Source of the DNA: Acidimicrobiia bacterium | GTDB lineage: Bacteria; Actinomycetota; Acidimicrobiia; IMCC26256; JAMXLJ01 | Assembly (NCBI GenBank): GCA_024281095.1 | Contig: JAMXLJ010000093.1 | Location: forward strand, 14,310-78,309 | Reading direction: 5' to 3' | Length of the DNA: 64,000 nt | In this document: one piece after another, positions 57,111 through 64,000 of the stretch | Layout: every line of letters begins with the position of its first letter | Numbering within the stretch: the first letter of the stretch is position 1 | Program-made: the position numbers and the translations under genes | The notes under the pieces: model-generated | Told to the model about the DNA's origin: nothing | Database searches by the model: none | What the model saw: the letters and a program-made list of their open reading frames with translations, nothing else

Positions 57111-57578
57111 TCAGATCGCGAACCAGCTGCTCTGGAAGCGCCGAGTCGTCCCCCGGAGCGGCACCTCGACGAGGACGCTCACCTGCGCCGGCGCGAGATG
57201 GTCCAGGGAGAAGCCCCCGTAGTCGTCGATGCCGAGCGTCCGCGTCCCGCACTCGGTACGCACGGTCGCCACCGTCGCCGCGACGGGGACGACCCAGCCG
57301 CTCAACCGGCACGTCTGCGACTTCGTGCAGTCGATCTTCACCTCGAGTCGCGCACCGCCGCCACTGAACGCGAGCACGCGAGTGTGCGCGCCGCCTGGGG
57401 GCAACAAGACCTCAGCGTCCAGTACGGAGTCGTACACGAGCTCGAGCAATTCCACGTCCGCGGGCACCCGCATGCTCGCGGCGCGACGGGCGCGGATCTT
57501 GACGACGTCGGGAACGGGCTCACGGGACGCACCCACGTCACGCGGCTCCGCCGCAAGGACTCTGGTTGTCGTCTGCAT
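57111..57578 (-). CDS. Hypothetical actinobacterial beta-rich protein
   Basis: LELVYDS...RVLAF...RLSG...DDYGGF...SSW pattern. Confidence 0.6.
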   Translation of the reverse strand: MQTTTRVLAAEPRDVGASREPVPDVVKIRARRAASMRVPADVELLELVYDSVLDAEVLLPPGGAHTRVLAFSGGGARLEVKIDCTKSQTCRLSGWVVPVAATVATVRTECGTRTLGIDDYGGFSLDHLAPAQVSVLVEVPLRGTTRRFQSSWFAI

Positions 57579-57858
57579 TCAGAGTGACGATCACGACGCA
57601 ATCCTCTCGCCCGGAGTCGTGCTCCTTCGGTTTGATGCGCTTCGCCCGAGCGCGCCTGCGCCCGGTGCGACGCGCGCCACGCAGCGACGCGCCGTCCCGG
57701 CCGATGCTGATGTGTTGTCACGGATGCAGAGCGGTCGACGCACCTCCTGATACGCGAAACTCCCGCTTCTTTCTTGTATCAGGCTGACCCCGGAGGGCTC
57801 TGTCAAGGCGACGTTCCAGATCACACGAGGCCGGATCTCCGCGCCCCCCCGCAGGGAG

Positions 57859-59925
57859 ATGACGATGCACCACAGCGCCGGAGGCGGCGGGAACGACACG
57901 TCCGTCGCCTTGGTCCATGTCGGACTCCTCGGCGGGTTCCGCGTCGAGCGCGGCGGCTTGCCCATCTCGGACTTCGCCTGGCAGCGACGGAGCGCCAAGC
58001 GCGTCACGAAGCTCTTGGCCATCCGGCCGGGACACGCGGCGCATCGTGACGAGGTCCTCGAGACGCTGTGGCCCAATGCGGATCTTGCGTCGGCACGCAA
58101 CAGTCTGTCGAAGGCGTTGCACGCGGCGCGATGCGCGATCGAGCCTGAGCGCCTCCCGAGGGAAGGCTCGCCGTACATCCGGGTCAGAGACGACCTCATC
58201 ACGCTCGGAACCGAACACGTCGTGATCGATGCCGACGAGTTCCAGCGTCTGGGCCGGCACGCGTTCCACGTCGCGACGGTGCCCGCCTACGAGGATGCAC
58301 TGGCCGCGTACACGGGCGTGCTCCTCCCCGAGGATCTGTACGAGGACTGGGTGACGGAGCGTCGTGATTCTCTCGCCGAGCTCAACATTCGGTTGCTCAT
58401 CAGCCTGGCCGAGGCGTTGGAGAAGCGCGGGCGGCATCGCGCCGCCGTCGACCGGCTCCGTACCGCCCTCGAACAGGACCCGACGCGCGAGGACGTGCAC
58501 CGCCAGCTCATGCGCCTGTACGGCGCGCTCGGTGCCCGTTGCGTCGCGCTCCGCCAGTTCGAGACCTGTCGTTCCGTGCTACGCGAACGACTCAACGTGG
58601 CGCCGGATCCGCAGACGATCGCCCTGTACGAGCGGCTCTCGGCCAACGCGCTCGAGCAGCCGGTTCCGCCGCGAGAGGTCCTGACCGCGACCGGCGCCTT
58701 CGATGTCGCGCCCGACCTCGACGCGGACCCGACGACCCCGTTCGTCGGCCGGGAATCGGCCCTGGGACTGCTCCAGTCGCTCCTGGCGCGCGCCGGGCAG
58801 GGCACCGGGAGGCTCGTCGTGGTCAGCGGCGAGGCCGGCGCGGGCAAGACGCGCCTCGTCGCGCGGTTCGCCCTCGAAGCACAGCTCGCCGGCGCGTGCG
58901 TGCTCGGCGACGGTCAGAGCACCAACACCTTCCCCTACGGTCCGTTCGCGGCCGCGGTCGAGGGCTACGTCGACGACCGCTCCCGCGCCGAGCGTGAGGA
59001 CCTTGCGGCTCGTTATCCCACGCTCCGGTGGCTGGTGCCGTCGATGCACGGCCCGCGGGTGCAGCACGTCACCGCCGGCGACCGCGACGTCACCCATGCG
59101 CGTCTCGGCACAGACATCGCGCGGTTTCTCGACGATGTCGCGTCCTCGGGGCCGGTCGTCCTGCTGCTCGGCGACCTCGACGACACGCATGCCTCGAATC
59201 TGGCCATGCTCCAATACCTGGCCAACCTCGCTCGCCGTCGCCGCTGGCTGATCATGGGGACGATCCGCGAAGAGTCCCTGGGCGCCGAGAGGCGCGCGGG
59301 TCGGATGTTCACGTCTTTGGAGCGTGAAGGTCTCTGCGTTCCCCTGAAGTTGCGCGGCCTCGAACGTCCGGCCTGCGACGAGCTCGTGCGAACGTTGCTT
59401 CGAGGCTTCGCCGTCAGTGACGGCTTCCTCGATCACGTTGCGTCCTTGACGCTCGGCAACCCCTTCTTCATCGGGGAGCTCGTGCAGGCAATGGCGCAGC
59501 GCGACGACGTGGCGTCCGAGCTCGGATGGGACGATCTCACACCGGCGTCATTCCGATTGCCGGCAACAGTGCGCGGCGTCGTCGAGCGAACGCTCGGGCC
59601 CCTCGGGCGCAACGCCCGACAGGTGCTGGACCTCGTGGCGGTGGCCGGCCCGGGCGTCGGACTGCAGGACCTGCGCAACGCCACGGTGCATCTGCAGCCG
59701 TCGCTCTCGAGCGCCGAGCTGTTCACCGCGCTCGATCATTGCCTACGGAGCGGCGTGCTCTTGGAAGACGACGACTCGTACGCGCTCCGGCATGCACTCG
59801 TCCGGATGCTGCTGCTGGAAGACCTTCCACGGCACCGCCGGATCGAGTTGAGCACTGCACTCGCGCATGCGGACACGACGCCGTGTTCCGACTGCCGATG
59901 GCCCGCGGGGGTAGCCACCGGATGA
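57859..59925 (+). CDS. SARP/BTAD + P-loop ATPase transcriptional regulator
   Basis: GLLGGFRV wHTH, LETLWP, BTAD (LYEDWV..RR, DPTRE.VHRQLMRLY), FVGRE, GEAGAGKT. Confidence 0.87.
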   Translation: MTMHHSAGGGGNDTSVALVHVGLLGGFRVERGGLPISDFAWQRRSAKRVTKLLAIRPGHAAHRDEVLETLWPNADLASARNSLSKALHAARCAIEPERLPREGSPYIRVRDDLITLGTEHVVIDADEFQRLGRHAFHVATVPAYEDALAAYTGVLLPEDLYEDWVTERRDSLAELNIRLLISLAEALEKRGRHRAAVDRLRTALEQDPTREDVHRQLMRLYGALGARCVALRQFETCRSVLRERLNVAPDPQTIALYERLSANALEQPVPPREVLTATGAFDVAPDLDADPTTPFVGRESALGLLQSLLARAGQGTGRLVVVSGEAGAGKTRLVARFALEAQLAGACVLGDGQSTNTFPYGPFAAAVEGYVDDRSRAEREDLAARYPTLRWLVPSMHGPRVQHVTAGDRDVTHARLGTDIARFLDDVASSGPVVLLLGDLDDTHASNLAMLQYLANLARRRRWLIMGTIREESLGAERRAGRMFTSLEREGLCVPLKLRGLERPACDELVRTLLRGFAVSDGFLDHVASLTLGNPFFIGELVQAMAQRDDVASELGWDDLTPASFRLPATVRGVVERTLGPLGRNARQVLDLVAVAGPGVGLQDLRNATVHLQPSLSSAELFTALDHCLRSGVLLEDDDSYALRHALVRMLLLEDLPRHRRIELSTALAHADTTPCSDCRWPAGVATG

Positions 59926-62900
59926 GGCGCGCGCTCCCCGGCGCCGACGACCCCGAGGCCGGCCGTCTCGGCGTCCGCCACGCCGTGTTCGTCATCCTGT
60001 TCCTTGCACCCGGCGGTGCATTCGTCGACACGCGCGCCCTCGGAAGCGCCGGGTCGCTCCTTGCGCACCGGGCGCCGTGGATCCCGGTCGTCTCCGTCGG
60101 TACGTCGCTCTTGTTGGGCGCGGCCGCGTGGACGGCCGTCACATGGCTCCGGGGCACTGCGCTGCTCGCCGGCGCCGGCCCGCGAGCCCCGACCCGTCCG
60201 GTTCGCCTCCAGCTCATCGGTGACGACACGAACGGCGTTGTGCAGGCAACGCTCGTCCTCGTACTCGTGGCCGCGCTCGCCTGGGTGCTCTGGCACGACG
60301 CCGGCCCGTGGCAGTACGCGCTCGCCGTCGTCGCGACGATCGCGCTCGGCACCCTCACATGGCCTCGACGCCCGCCGCTCACCCGATGGGGTACACCGTC
60401 TGCGCCCGCGTCCGGCTTGTGGCGCAAGATTCCGGTCGCGAAGCTCGAGACGATTCGTCTTCTCGTGCTCCTCAACGCGGTGACCGCGCTCGTGCTCCTC
60501 GGTTCTCCGCAGCTCTTCTCGGGACCGTGGGCCGCGTCGACGGTGTTCGTCTACCTGCTCATGTTCGGGGTGAACCTCGCGATCCTCAACTCGTGCCTCT
60601 CCGCCTCGACGGGGAGCACACTCGCGCCGGCGCGCGACTACCTCACCCCCGTCGACGGGGCGACAACTTCACCGGGCGCCCCGTCGAGCCCGAGCGGCAC
60701 CACGCGCTGGGAGCGGATGAAGCTGATTCGGCTGCACACGTTCTCGTCGAAGGCAGCCCCGTCGACGCAGGCCGCGGCGACACAGGCCGCGGCGACGCCG
60801 CGCCCGGCGACGCCACGACCCCGCGGAAAGCTTCGGCGTGTCGCAGCCGCGACCGCGCTCCTCGTCGCCGCCGCGTGGATCGCGGCTGCACACCCGGGGG
60901 CGCTGCTCGTGTTCGGCTTTCTCGCTCTCGGCGTGGCGATCCCCTTCACGACCGACATCGATCGGGAGCAGGCGATCACCATGGTGCTCGCGGCCGGTGT
61001 CGGCGTGGCCACGCTCGACTACGTGGGCTGGCGCATCTCGGTGACGAACTGGCAGGGATGGTGGGTCGCGGCGCCTCTGCTGTGCGCGGAGATCCTCGGT
61101 GCGGTCCACGTCGTCGGGTACCAGTTCACGATCTGGCCTCGACCGTCACCGCTGATCGAGCCGTCCGAAGATCCGAGCCGGTACCCCATCTTCATCTTCG
61201 TCCCGACCCTCAACGAAGGCGCCGCGATCCTCCGGCGCACGTTGGAGGGTTGTCTCGCGGCGCGGGCGAAGTACCTCGAGCAGTATCCGGCCGCGAAAGT
61301 GAGCGTGGTCGTGTGCAACGACGGCCGCGCGGCCGGCGTGCCGGGTTGGGAAGACGTCGACCGGCTCGCGAAGCAGCTCGGTGTCCGGAACGTGACGCGG
61401 CAGAAGAGCGGTGGCGCGAAGGCGGGCAACATCGAGAACGCGCGCCAAGAGGTCGGCGCGACGGGTGACGCGCTCGTCGTCATCTTCGACGCCGATCAGG
61501 TGCCCGAGCCCGAGTTCCTCGTCGAGACGGTTCCGCCGTTCGCCGACCCGACGATCGGCTGGGTACAGACGGGCCAGTACTACGCGAACCTCAAGAACCC
61601 CGTTGCGCGCTGGGCCGACGACCAGCAGTCGATGTTCTACAACCTGCTGTGCCCGGGGAAAGCGGCGCTGAACGCCGCGTTCATCTGCGGCACGAACGTC
61701 GTGATCCGCGCCGCGGCACTCGACGAGATCGGCGGCCTCCCGCAGGATTCGGTGACGGAAGACTTCGCGGCGTCGATCGCGCTGCACCCGAGGTGGCGCA
61801 GCATCTACCTCAGCACCGTTCTCGCCACGGGCCTCGGCCCGCTCGACATCCCGTCGTATCTCAGGCAACAGGGTCGATGGGCGCGTGGGACGCTCGGCGT
61901 GTTCCGCAGCAATTGGCGTGACATCCTGCTGCCGAAGAAGCACGGGCTTCGGCTCGGCCAGCGCGCGCAGTACCTGCTCGCGTGTACGCACTACCTCTGC
62001 GGGCTTCGCGACCTCGTCTACATGATCAGCCCGGTGCTCTTCGTCTTCACCGCCATCCCGGCGGTGCGACGGGCGACGCTCGGCGATTACCTGTGGCACT
62101 TCCTTCCGTACATCGCGCTCGGGATCGCCGGCATGTGGTACTCGGCCCGCCGCGTCACGGGACTGCGCGGGATCATCATCGGCTTCGGCAGCTTTCCGAC
62201 GTTGGTGGGCAGCCTCGTCGCCGTGATCCTCGGCCGGAAGACCGGCTTTGCCGTCACCTCGAAGAAGCGGCAGACCGGGAGCCGACCCGTGCGCTATCTG
62301 TGGGTCTACCTGGCGTTCGTCCCTCTATGTGTCGCGTCGCTCGTCTGGGTGACGCGGGTCCACGGCGCGCAACAGACGTCGCTGTTCATCAGCGTCATGT
62401 GGATCGTCTATTCGCTGGTGCTGCTCTCGAGCTTCCTCGGTCTCGCGTGGGCCGATCTGCGTGGACAGCGCGCCGATGTCGCGTCGCTCGCGACCGCGCG
62501 ACAGGCGTACCCGTCGAAGCTGCTCGACCGCACGAATCCGCTCCTGCCGGTCGCCAGTCTGGGCTTGGCCGCGATGATGGCGACACCGCTTCTCGTGACC
62601 CCCCGGTTGGCATCACTCCCGATGTTCGCTCCGAACGCGTCGCGATTCGTGATCACCCATGATCCGTCCCGCTACGTCGGTGTTTCGCTTCCCGTGCAGC
62701 TGCTCGAGACGGGGCAACGAACGCTGGAACGTGAGGTAGGTCTGCGCTTCGGCGTCGTCGGGCGCACACAGGACATCACCGACCGATTCGACGCCCGTTG
62801 GGCGGACACGCTCGCCGCGCACAACGCGCGCCCGTGGGTCACGCTGGAGTTCGGTGTCTTCGGCCCCGATCACAAGGTTCCGCTCGGCGCGAACCTTCCG

Positions 62901-63518
62901 GCCATCATCAACCATCTGTGGGACGGCGACCTCAGGCGCTGGGCCGCCGAGATCCGCGACTACAGCCACCCCGTGTATCTCACGATCCTGCGGCATGCCG
63001 ACAAGAACTGGTCCCTGTCGTCCGCGGTGGCCAACGGTGGGATCCCGCAGGACGTCGCGAAGGCGTGGACCCACGTGCAGTCGATCTTCCGCGAGGTGGG
63101 GGCGAACAACGTCGCGTGGGTATGGGCACCGGCCGATCCCGTGGACGATCGCCCCTACGCGCCGCCGGCATCGAAGATCGACGCCGTCCTGCAGAGCTTC
63201 ATCAACTATCCGGGCACGACCTGGGGCGATCCCCAGGCTGTGCTCCACAACCTCTCGCAGCGGTACCCGGGCAAGCCGCTGTTCATTGAGGCGAGCGCGG
63301 CCGGCCCGCTGCACGAGAAGGCCGCGTGGTTGGACCGTCTCGGTCGCGCGGTCGCAAACCTACCGACGGCCTACGCCGTGCTGTACCACGAAGGTGGGCC
63401 CGGCCTCACACCCACTTCGGCCGAGGCGAAGACGTGGTCGCTCGCGTCGGACCCCGCCTCCCTCGCGACGATGCAGCGCGTCCTCGCCGAAGTGCGCACA
63501 GAGAGAAGAGTCCCATAG
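59922..63518 (+). CDS. Cellulose-synthase-like GT2 fused to a C-terminal GH26-like domain
   Basis: VPTLNE, CND, AKAGN, FDAD, VQTGQ, CGTN, TED, QQGRW, FAVTSK; many TM helices; C-terminal NNVAWVWAP...YPGKPLFIE. Confidence 0.85.
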   Translation: MRRALPGADDPEAGRLGVRHAVFVILFLAPGGAFVDTRALGSAGSLLAHRAPWIPVVSVGTSLLLGAAAWTAVTWLRGTALLAGAGPRAPTRPVRLQLIGDDTNGVVQATLVLVLVAALAWVLWHDAGPWQYALAVVATIALGTLTWPRRPPLTRWGTPSAPASGLWRKIPVAKLETIRLLVLLNAVTALVLLGSPQLFSGPWAASTVFVYLLMFGVNLAILNSCLSASTGSTLAPARDYLTPVDGATTSPGAPSSPSGTTRWERMKLIRLHTFSSKAAPSTQAAATQAAATPRPATPRPRGKLRRVAAATALLVAAAWIAAAHPGALLVFGFLALGVAIPFTTDIDREQAITMVLAAGVGVATLDYVGWRISVTNWQGWWVAAPLLCAEILGAVHVVGYQFTIWPRPSPLIEPSEDPSRYPIFIFVPTLNEGAAILRRTLEGCLAARAKYLEQYPAAKVSVVVCNDGRAAGVPGWEDVDRLAKQLGVRNVTRQKSGGAKAGNIENARQEVGATGDALVVIFDADQVPEPEFLVETVPPFADPTIGWVQTGQYYANLKNPVARWADDQQSMFYNLLCPGKAALNAAFICGTNVVIRAAALDEIGGLPQDSVTEDFAASIALHPRWRSIYLSTVLATGLGPLDIPSYLRQQGRWARGTLGVFRSNWRDILLPKKHGLRLGQRAQYLLACTHYLCGLRDLVYMISPVLFVFTAIPAVRRATLGDYLWHFLPYIALGIAGMWYSARRVTGLRGIIIGFGSFPTLVGSLVAVILGRKTGFAVTSKKRQTGSRPVRYLWVYLAFVPLCVASLVWVTRVHGAQQTSLFISVMWIVYSLVLLSSFLGLAWADLRGQRADVASLATARQAYPSKLLDRTNPLLPVASLGLAAMMATPLLVTPRLASLPMFAPNASRFVITHDPSRYVGVSLPVQLLETGQRTLEREVGLRFGVVGRTQDITDRFDARWADTLAAHNARPWVTLEFGVFGPDHKVPLGANLPAIINHLWDGDLRRWAAEIRDYSHPVYLTILRHADKNWSLSSAVANGGIPQDVAKAWTHVQSIFREVGANNVAWVWAPADPVDDRPYAPPASKIDAVLQSFINYPGTTWGDPQAVLHNLSQRYPGKPLFIEASAAGPLHEKAAWLDRLGRAVANLPTAYAVLYHEGGPGLTPTSAEAKTWSLASDPASLATMQRVLAEVRTERRVP

Positions 63519-64000
63519 CCACCGTCGCGATACCCCAGGCCGGCACGACGCGCCGGCGGACATATCCGGCGACACTTGCCGCCCTCTGGCCCATCGCGCT
63601 CATCCTCGCGGTGCAGGCGGTGGTGTCGTTGACGACGTTGCGCAACACCGCGTTCCAGGACGAAGGCCTCTACGTCTACGCCGGACGCCAGATCATCCGT
63701 CACTGGATGGGCGGTCCCGCGCCGCTCGACAACTACGCGTACTACTTCTCGGGGTATCCATACGTGTATCCCGTGGTCGGGGGGTTCCTCGATCGCGTCG
63801 GGGGCCTCGAGCTCGCGCGCAGCTTCAGCCTCGCGTGCATGCTCGGCGTCACGTCGCTCGTCTACTCCGTCACGCGCAACCTGTTCGACCGGGCCTCGGC
63901 GATCTTCGCGTCCGGCATGTACGCGGTGACCGGCGTCGTGCTGTTCGTCGGGCGTCTCGCGGTGTTCGACGCGATGTGCCTGTTCTTCATCGCGCTCGCC
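63515..64000 (+). CDS. GT-C (GT39/ArnT-like) glycosyltransferase, runs off the 3' end of the window
   Basis: Hand translation: ..LRNTAFQDEGLYVYAG..YFSGYPYVYPVVGG..GGLELARSFSL..GRLAVFDA. Start uncertain: ATA 63515 or GTG 63611. Confidence 0.75.
   Translation, partial: MATVAIPQAGTTRRRTYPATLAALWPIALILAVQAVVSLTTLRNTAFQDEGLYVYAGRQIIRHWMGGPAPLDNYAYYFSGYPYVYPVVGGFLDRVGGLELARSFSLACMLGVTSLVYSVTRNLFDRASAIFASGMYAVTGVVLFVGRLAVFDAMCLFFIALA

Overview
High-GC bacterial chromosomal DNA with an actinobacterial character: L,D-transpeptidase, GT87/GT39 GT-C enzymes, an LPxTG-like protein, SARP/BTAD regulators and many leaderless-type starts. An Acidimicrobiia-like origin is inferred. About 57 densely packed CDSs cover catabolism, cell envelope, signalling and housekeeping (lysS, phosphoketolase, copper amine oxidase). 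I saw no rRNA, tRNA, CRISPR array, transposase or prophage gene. Highlights: (1) a probable selenoprotein at 56028-57110, split in the ORF track by an in-frame TGA in a thioredoxin-like W-A-S-W-U-G-C motif and followed by a SECIS-like hairpin; (2) a translationally coupled operon of a SARP/BTAD-ATPase regulator, a BcsA-like GT2 synthase fused to a degenerate GH26-like domain, and a GT-C transferase; (3) an amidohydrolase / active M24 / degenerate M24 / diiron-enzyme cluster; (4) two degenerate histidine-kinase-like proteins; (5) a 62-bp tandem repeat and several structured intergenic regions. All product calls come from reading motifs by eye, with no database search. Many start codons were moved from the ORF track on the basis of RBS, gene overlap or -10 evidence.
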